Positions 1 to 11,387 of a stretch of 64,000 nucleotides of DNA are shown one piece after another. Below the pieces are notes generated by a model that was not told the origin of the DNA, ran no database searches, and worked only from the letters and a program-made list of their open reading frames with translations. The position numbers were made by a program, and so were the translations under genes. The stretch is from Vezdaea acicularis (Eukaryota), in the NCBI GenBank assembly GCA_026025075.1, contig JAPEUI010000021.1, forward strand, positions 62,001 to 126,000. The letters are read 5' to 3'. Positions within the stretch are counted from its first letter, which is position 1. Each line of letters opens with the position of its first letter.

Positions 1-2211
1 ATGTGCTTGAGTTTGGTGGAGAACCCGTTGAAAGGGAGTAGATCAGCAGGAAGAGTCCAAGGAAAGAAGGTATAATTGGTGGGCGAGTAAAGATCGGACA
101 ACGATATGCTCGGATGGTCTTGAGAAAACTCCACCAAAGGTGAGTTAATTGTTTGCGTATTTGGAATTAAATGAAGGCGCGCTAGATTTGCCGCATGAAA
201 GACATCACCTCTTGAAGCGGTGGATGAAATGGTAAGAGGCACAAGGGGGGGTGGCAAAGGGCAAGTTTCATAATTGTAATCACCACCATGATCCGGCTTA
301 CCGCGTTCTTCTCGCGGTATGATGAGAGGATGCCCTTCTGTGGTAAAGACGAACGGCACGTCGAGGGTGTTGAAAGGATGGCTTTCGTCAAATAGAAGAA
401 ATAAGTATTTCGCTGTCTCACCGAGGAAAAATGACTCTTGTCTATCAGAGCGCTCGCCGCTCCGGACGTCTTGGAGACCTGAGAACCCACACTTGGCCCA
501 ACACCTTCGTTTGATATCTGAAACAATCATCGAGCCAACGTATAGATACCAAGGATCCTTCGTCACTCTATAAAGATGATAATTGGATTCGGAAAACTCA
601 GGGCGCCCTCCCCACCAGGATAAGCCATTGTCGATACTCCCTGTACGGGCGGACCATCTTTCGGGAAGCGCAGAGTAGCGTGTCCAGAGAGCTGTATAGA
701 GGAGGTGTGTACTAATAGCCTCTTCCACATTACCAGCAAGCGCAAGCAAACCGGGATAGTATGCACTTAGGCTGTCAACCCAGAACACCTGTGGCGAACC
801 CGTACTAAGAAGTGAGTTGATGTAATGCGGGTGGGGGCTCTCTTGGTACAGATGACGCTTAATTGACGCATGTGAATCGAGCCAAATATTCAAGAATGTT
901 TCGGGAGACTGATCCTCGCTACTCAGTGGATTGAATAGTCGGTTTGGATCATTAGAAGATGTAGAAACATAGCTTTGGGATTCGAGACCGGATAAGAAGA
1001 TATAGGACTTGAAAGCATATTCGTAGAAGCTGTCAATACCTGCACCAATCCCGGTGTACGGACCAGTCCAGAGACCACTGTCAGCGTCGATACCTGCACC
1101 TACTAGACCGATTGGACTCCGACGGCTCCAAACAGCATGGAAAGCGCGCTTTGCTACTTGTTCAAACCTTCCGTCCCCCGTGAGTCGGCTTAATGTCGTG
1201 AACTCAAGAATCAGACTACCCGCGCCTGCACTGCACGTCTCTGTGATTTCTGGCGCGCCCGTTGAACAATGGCCATTCTCTGCGTCCGCGTTAAGCGGGG
1301 AGTTCGAATAGAATGGGATACCATAACGAAGATTTACGCGTGGATAAGGAATCCCGTTAGGCGTATAGAATGCAGGTAGCAGGCGCTCTCCAAGGTCGTA
1401 TGCTAGACGTAGAAGCTGCCCATCATAAACAAAACCCGACGGCCATTCGATGCGGTCCTCAGGGACAGGCCTCCCCCGCTTGAGTTTCCGTCTTCGATTG
1501 CGATTCCGCTTGCGGGACGGGTTGTATCCTCGAATCGGGAGATCGCCAGCCGCGAAGAGATGGGCCGAGAGCAGCCCTCCGACGCCCCTGATTGTTGTCT
1601 CGAAAACTTGTACTTTTGAGTCGACGTCAAAGCCTTTCCCACGAATGCCTACAGCATCTGCACCGTTTGTTCCATCCCCATAATAGTCAACCAGAAGGCT
1701 CACGCCTTCCTGAAATCTTGATAAAGCCTCGTTGGTGTGATTGTCTTGGGGAGATGACGCGAGAATTGCAAGCGTAGAGAGACTATCAATCAGGGTAAGG
1801 GATATGTTGGCAAGGACGTCATTGATCCCAATGTTTTCGGGGTGGCCGCGGTCTCGTGTAAGTGGCTTGCAAGAAATCGGACGAATCTGACCTGATCAGC
1901 ATGTGTGACAACCAAGCAGCAAAGAGCAAAACCCTACTTCATCCTCTGGAAACGCATGCTTCATATAGTTGTCATAACCATGATAAAACATTGAAGTCAC
2001 CTCTTGCCTTGTGCAGTCAGCGATCCAAGCTTCCATAGGGACCGGGAGCATTGAGATTGGTCTACCTGAAAGAAGTCATTTGAAGCTGGGACATGGCCTG
2101 AGATACGCCGCTCCATGAGATGATTACAATCAAAACTAGCCATGATTGAAGAATGAGCCCGCGAAGAAAGCATGAGGCCATCTGTCGCGTTTCGTCGCAT
2201 CGCAAAAGCAT
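1..2211 (-). CDS. MNL1: EDEM/Mnl1(Htm1)-like ER alpha-1,2-mannosidase, GH47; 3' end runs off the window; two introns near the 5' end
   Basis: Hand translation of the minus strand (absent from the ORF track because there is no stop in the window) gives a hydrophobic signal region, then MFYHGYDNYMKHAFPEDE, LTLIDSLSTL, FDVDSKVQVFETTIRGVGGLLSAH, RLLPAFYTPNGILYPRVNL, WVDSLSAYYPGL and RPEFSES, all GH47/EDEM motifs. Start is ATG 2211 or 2181. Confidence 0.9.
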
Positions 2212-2451
2212 TCCTCGCTATTGCGAAATGCGCCTACTTTTGGGTGTCCATAACATCGTAGGCACAAAATTCTGAGGGAAAACAGTCGTTTTGACAACTT
2301 ATTGCTTTCCTCCAGATGCCGAGTATTAAGTGATGGATGTAGACGTGGGGGCCGTTCGAGCTCGAAACGTGATGTTAGGCCCATAATGGCCTCGTCTAAA
2401 GATTGCTGGTTCGGCTAAACCTACGTTCGAGATCCAAAATACCTGCACGAT

Positions 2452-2458
2452 TGAGTCA
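2452..2458. promoter_or_regulatory. Gcn4/CpcA-type AP-1 element TGAGTCA upstream of FRS2
   Basis: Exact TGASTCA inside the pseudo-palindrome ATTGAGTCAAT, about 80 nt before the FRS2 ATG. Aminoacyl-tRNA synthetase genes are typical cross-pathway-control targets. Confidence 0.4.
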
Positions 2459-2536
2459 ATCCAGAATTCTAAAACGTCGAAGCAATTGTCAGGGAGCCAT
2501 AGCTTGGCAGCGTTCAGCTGCGAGGCCTGCCAAATC

Positions 2537-4156
2537 ATGGCGGCAGACCTAACCTCTCAGATCTTGTCCGCCTTAGGATCTAATGATCCATTTCTCTCCG
2601 CTGACGCTTTCCCTTCAATACCTTCGACCACCGTGAAAAGTGCGCTGGATAGGCTAGGCTCCAGGGATATGGTGATATATGAGGCGATTGATAGGGAGGA
2701 AGCTTTGTTGACCAGGGAAGCAAAGACTATCGCGGAAGAGGGCAGTCACGAGGCGAAGGTCTTCGAGGCTGTAAGGAACGCCGTGGAAGGGTTGAAGATC
2801 GGGGATCTGCCCGTAAGCCAAGATATAACGACATTATCCTCTTCCGATTTGCAATGCTAATGAGGCTTAGGGCATTATAGGAAAGGAGAGCGCTAAAGTG
2901 GGTCAAGGAAAGGCGTTCAAGGAAGGTTGGGTGAAGAAGAGCTCTGATGGACGATTGATTGCGAATGTGAGCTCGGAGGGCCCCTTGTTCCACTCAACTG
3001 ACAGCAGTAGACGCAAAGCATTACGGACGTTACAAGGGAGCAGTTACAAACCATCCAAAAAAGCAGCACACACCCAGATCCCAAGGTCATTGCTGATCTC
3101 CGGAAACGCAAGCTAATTACGATACATAAAGTCATTAGCTACAGAGTGCGCAAAGGACCGAAGTATTCTACAGAGCTCATAAAAGAGGAGACGGATCTCA
3201 CAGCAGACATGCTGGCCACTGGCTCATGGAAGAACCTAAAGTTCAAGCCATATAACTTCTCTGCAAGGGGAGCGGCCACCAACAGCGGTGCTTTACATCC
3301 ACTAAACAAAGTACGGCATGAATTCAGGCAGATTTTCTTCGAGATGGGCTTCGAAGAGATGCCCACAAACCGGTTTGTCGAAACCGGATTCTGGAACTTC
3401 GACGCATTATTCGTACCGCAGCAACACCCAGCAAGAGATCTTCAAGACACTTTCTACATTTCCGACCCGCCAAGCGCAGACAAACCGCGAGCAGACCCTT
3501 CACCGGATAAGACAGCAGACAAATTGGACTACGAGAAGTATTGGAAAGATGTGCAAGCCGTCCACCAAGACGGAAAGTACGGCTCAATAGGCTATCGGTA
3601 CCCTTGGTCAGAGAAAGAATCGCTACGGCTAGTATTACGTACGCATACCACTGCTGTTTCGACATACATGCTCCACAAACTTGCCGCAAACCCGCGGCCA
3701 GCACGTTACTTCTCTATAGACCGTGTATTCCGAAACGAGAGCGTTGATGCCACACATTTAGCCGAATTCCACCAAGTCGAGGGTGTGATTGCCGACTTCA
3801 ACCTCGCTCTAGGCGGCCTCATTGGGTTTATGGAGACTTTCTTCGCCAAAATGGGCGTGCACAACCTACGGTTCAAGCCGGCATATAATCCATACACCGA
3901 GCCTTCCCTAGAGATCTTTGGATATCATGAGGGGCTGGGGAAGTGGGTGGAGATAGGCAATAGCGGTATGTTCCGGCCAGAGATGCTGGAGCCGATGGGG
4001 TTGCCAAAGGGAATGAGGGTATATGGATGGGGATTGAGTCTGGAGAGACCGACAATGATCAAGTACAAGGTAAAAAACATTCGGGAATTGCTTGGGCACA
4101 AGGTCGACTTGAACTTCGTGGAGGGGAACCCCGCAGTCAGGCTGGAAAAGGAGTAG
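2537..4156 (+). CDS. FRS2: Cytoplasmic phenylalanyl-tRNA synthetase alpha subunit (2 introns)
   Basis: [92 protein letters not shown]. Confidence 0.97.
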
Positions 4157-4295
4157 TACGGTTAAGAGGAAATGAAATCCTTCACGCGCTTTTCGGTCTT
4201 CCTAAACCCTGAAGCCAAGAAGGGAGTATAGCCTGAATGCCATCCTGCTTGATACCCATGCCTTAAACTCCCATCCTAGTGAGCTTTCCGTCCTG

Positions 4296-4967
4296 CTAAT
4301 AATAGTCAAAACTATCGCTATACGCGCCACCGTGCGGGAGCAGTCCAAATGCTGTATCTATGTCCTCTATAATCCCTTCACCATCCCACTGATCTGAGGC
4401 TCTCTCTATGTCGCGCTTGCTTACAAAGGTATGCCACCCGCGCCACTGACCCCGATAAGCGCCAGTCACTTCATAGCAGTGCACAGGGATCTCGCACACG
4501 TGGTTATGAAGCTTAGCCACGTCTTTGATCTTGATATATTCCTCACCGTTTGAGTGAGATTTAGGAGGCTTAGGAGGTTTAGGAGGTTTAGCCCTGCTCT
4601 TCAAGAAGGGTGGCAGGTCTTGATTTTGGGGTTCGGCGGCTCGCAAAGGGCTTTCGGGGTTCGCTGGCGGGGTTTGCGGGGTTGCGTTTGATGCAGGAGC
4701 TGCTCGCCCCGTATGGAGAGCGTGGGGTTTTCCCTTAAGATGCGACGGTCTATTCTCTTTATTCATCGAACGGTTGCAACTTGTGCAAGTCCACATCTCG
4801 CGTGTCTTAGACGAAGGTCCGGGTGGTATCTGTGGAGCTTCGTTTGACGTATTCGTTACCTGACGAGCACGCAGGGCATGGGCTCTCCCACGTATATGCG
4901 CTTCTCTATTGCCTTCCTGCATCATACAATTGCACGTTGTGCAAGTCCACATTGGAGGCTCGCTCAT
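4296..4967 (-). CDS. Hypothetical protein with two U1/matrin-like C2H2 zinc fingers
   Basis: Intronless ORF with two repeats of WTCxxCN-x11-H-x5-H and Pro-rich linkers. The likely start is MSEPP at 4967. Confidence 0.6.
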   Translation of the reverse strand: MSEPPMWTCTTCNCMMQEGNREAHIRGRAHALRARQVTNTSNEAPQIPPGPSSKTREMWTCTSCNRSMNKENRPSHLKGKPHALHTGRAAPASNATPQTPPANPESPLRAAEPQNQDLPPFLKSRAKPPKPPKPPKSHSNGEEYIKIKDVAKLHNHVCEIPVHCYEVTGAYRGQWRGWHTFVSKRDIERASDQWDGEGIIEDIDTAFGLLPHGGAYSDSFDYY

Positions 4968-5560
4968 TGGGCTTTCCTGTTCTGTTCTTCGTATCAATGG
5001 AGACTGATATTTCACTCTGAGGGTTTCATCATGCATACGCTGCTGCTTGGTTGGTTTTCCAGTCGAACGTATGAAAGTAGGATAGAGGTTGGATGACTCG
5101 CTAGAATGTGACTTTCGGGAGTATACACACAACGGGCACCCGCACAATAAGCATTACTGCTTCCGTAGCATATAGTCGCCATGGCCCCCCTTTTGCTCGC
5201 GATGCAGAAAAAGTATACTTGAAGCTAGAGCTCTCACCCCAGTAGTAGAGCACTGTACTTAAAATATTCTAGCTGCCACCTTAGTGCGCGAAGGGCTAAT
5301 GGCTTCCGTTTATAAGGCTGTACCAAACCATGCATCAGACGACCATGAATCCATCAACTGATCGGAGCCAAAGAAACTGAAAGGGAAAACATTCCATTCT
5401 TCGTGACCGCATCATATAGAACCTGAGCCATAGACAAAATATAGGAGTAATCGTATCCATGAAGAGTGCTAACAAGGTTGGGGGGGAGGGAGCTGAATAA
5501 GTAAAGGGTGAATAGAAAAGGCCGTCTCGATGCATCATGTACAAATAAACACCACTTCTT

Positions 5561-7882
5561 CTATCCATGCACAACTTGTTCCCTTAACTTGCTACCACCC
5601 TTTTCTGCCCCCTTCCCTCTTCTCCCCAATAAAGTCGCATTGTCGAGACTAAGCTCAAAAGCCCCTTTTCGCTGTTGCCTCTGCACCTGTTGTTTCGCAG
5701 CAGCCGCCACCTTTGGACTATGCTGCCCGTAACCCCTCTGCTGCGAAGGCCCAGTAGCTTGTGATCTTGCTTGCGCCGCAGCAGACGAGTTTCCGAGGTT
5801 CGTATTTCTCAGACTCTGCTCGACGCCACTTACATCGGCCGGATCTCTCGCTTTTGGTAATTTAGCAGGAGGATTCTGGGCTGCAGATTGGGAGTTATCA
5901 CCATCCATTTCCTCATCTTCATCGAACTCATCTTCATCAAGCACGTTAAGCCCATTGACGCCCGCCGCACCACGGTAACCCTGTTTAAAGTTCTTTCGGC
6001 GTTTGCTCTCCTCTTCTTGCCTGTGGACTGCGTAGCTAACGTCGAAGACTTCCCGTAGATTGACAGCGCCAGGGGAGCGGAAGTCCACACGACGATTCGC
6101 GCCTGGGGTTTCGAGGAAGGAGGAGGCGAATGATGGAGGAGGAAGGTTAGCACTAGGCTCTCCGAGTTGTGCATTGCGCTGATATGCTGGTGTAGCGAGT
6201 GGCGGAGCATCAGCAGCCGGATGCGTTTCTTCATCACTGCCACGGATCCACGGGTGGTTAAGGAATTGCTCGATTGTGAACCGTTTTTCGGGGTCGACCG
6301 TCAGTAAGTGTGAGACAAGGTCCTGAGCAGGCTTCGAGATTTCGTCCCACCACGGCGAGAGGAAAGTATATTGTCCCCTTGCTACCTTCTCAGTAAGGAC
6401 CTGAATACTCTCGTCATAGAAGGGTGGAAATCCGCATAGAAGAGTATATAAGACACATCCTAGTGCCCACATGTCGACTGATTTTGAATAGCGTTCATCT
6501 TTGACAATTTCGGGGGCTGTATAACCAACAGTACCGCAAGGCGTCATTGTTTGGCTATCCCAAATAACCTTAGAAAGACCAAAGTCGGCAATCTTGATTT
6601 GGCCTATGCCTCCACTACCAAGTCCTGGAACAAATTCTCCTTCATCAGCCTTATCTTCGTCCTCAGGGGCACGTGGCTTTGGATGCTTTGTCGGGATAAA
6701 TGGGATAGGATAAAAGAGTAGGTTTTCCGGTTTGATATCACTAGAGAATCTATTAGCTTTAAGATAAAAAAGTATTCAATATCAATACTGACCGATGCAC
6801 TACTCCACATTCTTCGTGTAGATACAATAAGGCTTTTGCGACTTGAACGATCACGTGTCGGCTCAGTTCTTCACTAAAATATGTGAGACGGACGATTTGG
6901 TGGAAGAGCTCGCCGCCCGGGCATAGTTCCAAGACTATGTAATAGTATTGACTTGACTCGAAGAACTCGACCAGCTTTACTATGTTCGGATGATCAAGTT
7001 GACGCATGATCTGGACCTCTTTCAGGATGTTTGCTCTCTAGAGTTTCAATCATCAGTCTTTCTTCTTCAGTAAAATGGAACGTTCCAGCCGGGCCCGGAA
7101 TAGTCCGTTAGACTTGCTAGAATATGGAAGTTCATGCGCACCTCCACTACCTTTGGTTGCTTCTTGACGTCCGGATGAATATGTTTGTCGCCCTAAGTTA
7201 TGACGATCTTGTTGGTGAAATATTCCAAGTTGAAGCACAACTTAGATAAAACACGATGAGAAGGACATGCTGCTTGTGGCAGACAGAAATTTCGATGCAG
7301 AATATAGAGGAAATTTGCCTTTGGAGCTTGACAGCAACTCACCTGGCTCGAGTTCATTTCAAACTTCCGTACCACCTTAATCGCAACTTCACGCATCTCA
7401 GTGGCGGTGTCTTTGGCCCGGTAGACGTTGCTGAAAGCCCCATCACCCATCTTCTCCACTAGTATGTACCTATCAAGTCCCGGATATCTTGGAAGCTTGC
7501 CTTTACTCTCACGCTCTTCGGCCACAATCCGTTCAATAACGCTCGGATCATAGTTCTTGCCCGTGGTGTGTCCCTCGCCACCACCTAATCTCTGCCCTGC
7601 TTCTGCATTTTTGGCTGCGACACCTTCAGCGTGTGCGACCACATTTCGGTTATCGATATTGGCAGCAGAATATCCGTCCTGAGGAACAGGAGGCGCCTGA
7701 ACAAGGTCGCCCATATTTGGCTCTGTTATGCCAGGGTTTTGCTGGGCCGCCGGAGCATATCTGTTCCTTTGTTGGTGAGCGTTGACGGGAGATATATCGG
7801 TGATAGGGTCGCTATGTGCGTTGGCCGCCCTGGCCTGTTTGCCATGGCGTATAAAATTCTTGAAATTCTGAATCGCACTCAT
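5561..7882 (-). CDS. SRK1: MAPK-activated CaMK-like protein kinase Srk1/Rck2 (3 introns, including those flanking a 51-nt exon at 7142-7192)
   Basis: MSAIQNFKNFIRHGKQA, KMGDGAFSNVY, VAIKVVRK, RANILKEVQIMRQLDHPNIV, HRDIKPENLL, TPCGTVGYTAPE, and the C-terminal FELSLDNATLLGRR. Confidence 0.95.
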
Positions 7883-10237
7883 CGTCCAGTATCGCAGATC
7901 ACGAACAGACTTGAGAGGTGGGGAAGGTTGCCCGGAAAAGTGGAATATGAGGGAAGGATACGTCCAGTAGGAAAGCGGATGCTGTGCTTGAGTCCTAAGA
8001 ATAGGACTAGTGAAAGTTTTCGGAACAGAGATTGACCACGTAAGTGCGGGGCATGAAGGATCAGAGGGTAAGGAAGAAGAGAATGGTGTAAAGAGAATCT
8101 GGTCGTGATAAGCTACGAGACTCGAGGAGTAGTGAGGAGGAGAAGGCACAAGTAGAAACGGCGAAGGGTTGCAGATAGGTCGTAGTGGCAGGATGAGGCC
8201 TGAAAGTCAAATCTGGAGAGAGTCGGAATGCTGACCAAGGCCCTTAAGCACGCACCTGAATCGCGGCGGAGGACGGATGACGCTGCAGTAGCTGGATGTG
8301 GGTAGGAGCTGCCACTGGACCAAGGACAAGCGAGAGCCCACAACGTCATGCAGGAGCTTGACGGCGAGAGACTTGCGCCCGGATATGAGGTCAACCGCCG
8401 ATCTCACGCCTGGCTAGCGACCGCAAGGACCTTTGTGCGCTGCGATCTAGAACGTGTTTGTTCGATGCCCAGCTGCTTTTGCGCACAGCGCCGCGCGGGA
8501 CCAAAACCCAGCCGCAGGTACACCCGTAGGACGGCGAAGAGGCGCAGGAGATCGTTGCACAGAAAACGTCAGACGCTGGGAAGCGAGGCGGAAACGCCGA
8601 GCCTATAACAGAGCAGACGCAGGTCACAGGGAAGAGAAAGCTTTCAAGTTACCTCATAAAAGAGTAAGATAGGCTCTATATGGCGCCGGTGCAGGGGAGG
8701 GCAAATGTGTCTACATGACTTAACTACCTCTAGTTGCTGCTCGGAATGGGCATATCAGAGGCCATTCTTGGTTGGGATGTCATCTCCTGAACTTCTTCGA
8801 TAGGACTCAGGTCCACATAGTCAAAGATCTAGGACTAGCCAAGGGAAGGAATTTGAGACAACTGCCGCAGCTTTCAATTCAGGGTTGATGGAAAGTAGAC
8901 TGATGTTCTCTCCTATCATGGTTCCATATAGGGACAGACCTAAGGGGACATGGAGGAACGATGTTGAATGTTCCGATACTCTAGGACCGGACCCTTAAAT
9001 GCTCCTACCTATGCACTTGTCGATGGAGTGTCAAACGTATCAGCTCTTCATCAGGTTTATTTGGTGCCCTCGGACCGTTCTATAGGTTGTGGTTCGGATG
9101 AGGTTGCCCGTCGTATTCCGTCATGCCCTTAGCCCTTCAGTCGTACGTCATACAAGAAGGGTGGTAGACAAGTCTGGCCCTGCAGGGTGCCCCTCTCCTC
9201 ATTGGATGGATTGCTGGGCGCTCTGAGACCTCACTACAGCTTGGACCCACGCGTGATGACGTCCGAACCTTGGAAGACCTTCTACTTGGAAGGAGCCTCA
9301 CAGACAAGCCTTTGTTCTCTTGATGATTCGGAACTCCCTAAGCTCAAGCTCATATCCTGTTTGTGGCCACAATCTAGTCTCGTACACCGGAGAGTCTAGC
9401 GTTCTCGAGTCATAAGTCAACTCGGGGCTCCTATTGCTTCTGATTTGTACTGGGTTTTCGTCATCATCCCACATGGTCCCTCGCTTTCTGTCGACACTAG
9501 GCTGACCTCTATATAATTAAATACACTGATGCATCTAGAAGATTGAGGTGGTGCATCGGCGTATATCTAATGTAGTGAACTTCCATAGCCCCCATTCTTT
9601 GGTTATTGAAACAAGTAAAGGATTAATAGTGTAATTTACTCAGTAAATTACAGGATGAAGATTCAAGTTGATAATGCTTAAAACATGCTAGACGCAAAAA
9701 AGTCTGAATCAAACCATAATGATCCGCTTCTGCACTCGCATCCCAGAGACTGCGAGCAATGATGAGGTGTCGTACGATGGCTATTTCAGATCGCCACAGG
9801 TCATTGCGCTATGTGACCAGCCGGGACATCGCTAAGGCGATCTCCACGCGAAAAGGCTTAGGGGTGTTGATTTTACTGGTGAATAAATTGAACGAATAAA
9901 GAGACAATCTAGGACTAAAGAAGTCCAAATGTGTGCCTCTTCGCTTACGCTTAAATAAGCATAAAAAGAATGCGAATAGTAGTGCGTGGGTAAATTGTCG
10001 CCGATGTTGCACCTTTTTGAGACAAGGCTATTGTTACACGCGTCAACCTGCGAGACTGTCCTCTTCTTAGTCCTCATCCGCTCAAGCCACGCAAAGCTCG
10101 CGGCCTGACCACTGCGCCGGCATCCCCTCACACGAGTTGTAGTGCAATCTATTCTGTGTTCTTCCTCTCTCATCGCCATTTTGTTGTTACAACAAGGTGT
10201 GTGAAGCCTGTCGCAAAGGCGGGCTCGTCCCATCATC

Positions 10238-11387
10238 ATGGTCTACCAAATGAATGTCTTTCGCATCCTAGGGGATGTCTCTCACACACTCTCTATCTTC
10301 ATTCTGATATGGGCTATCCATCGGAACAGGAGCGCGGAAGGTTTTGCAATCCACCCCAAGGCATGACTGAGCATGCTAACACTGCTTGAATAGGCGTTTC
10401 TCTCCTAACACAAGGCTTCTATCTTCTGGTCTTCCTCGCGCGATATCTCAATCTATTCTGGGTCCCGCCTCAGCACTCTTGGTGGAACTTTGTCCTGAAG
10501 ATTACGTTCATTACGACTTCAGCCTATATCGTCTTCCTGATGATGCAAGTCTATCGTCGAACACGTGAACGGGAGAAGGCGTGGAAATTGGGATCTTACA
10601 TCCTGGGCGGCTCGGTTGTTCTGGCGCCCTTTGTTGCGATGATCATGAAAAAGGACGCAAAGGCCGTACTGACGTTCGAGGTAGACCGACTTTTAATCAA
10701 CATATCCAGACTCTGGCGCTGACCTTATACTAGTTACCCTGGACCTTTTCTATCATACTAGAGTCTGTCTGCGTCCTCCCTCAACTCCTTTTACTCCGAC
10801 AAACAGACGTTCCGACCGTAATCAGCTCGTACTATCTGCTTCTGCTCGGATCATATCGAGCCTTCTACATCTTGAACTGGATCGTCCGTGCTGCAACAGA
10901 GAAGGGCGAATTCAATGAGAAGACAGCCGTCATCTTCGGCATCATACAAACTGCTTTATACTTCGACTTCGCCTGGGTGTACTATACACGGCAACGGGTC
11001 AAGTTGCGGGGTGGGGGTCTGGTAGATAGCGACGATTTGAGAAAAGGCTGGCTACTCAATAGGATTTTGGGGCACAAAACCCTCCAAGGAGACGAAGAGG
11101 AAGGGGCAGAGGGCGACCTACCAGGAGATAGGGAAAGACCCCTGGAGGGCAGATGGGGCGCACGCGGAATTTCCGTCAGCGCGGACGATACGCTCAATGA
11201 GCACGTCCCGGATACAAAGCCGACAGGGCCCAAAAGCAAGGCAAAGGCGACAGAAGCAGGTGGGGCTCGAGAAGAAGAGCTCGCAGGAATACTGGAAGAT
11301 GACGAAAGTGACGATGGAGTTCTGCCTGAGGTTACAGGATCAAGCATTAGTGGAGGACAGGAGTGGAGGGATGGCGTGTCGAGGTAA
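10238..11387 (+). CDS. ERD2: ER lumen protein-retaining (HDEL/KDEL) receptor family protein with a long C-terminal tail (2 introns)
   Basis: Spliced MNVFRILGDVSH..RSAEGVSLLTQ..FLARYLNLF..WTFSIILESVCVLPQL..LGSYRAFYILNWI..GIIQTALYFDF matches the ERD2 family. Confidence 0.9.

Noticed and set aside
9759..9810. ATGATGA box C-like motif upstream of ERD2
   Set aside because: There is no box D (CTGA) at a suitable distance and no recognisable rRNA antisense element.
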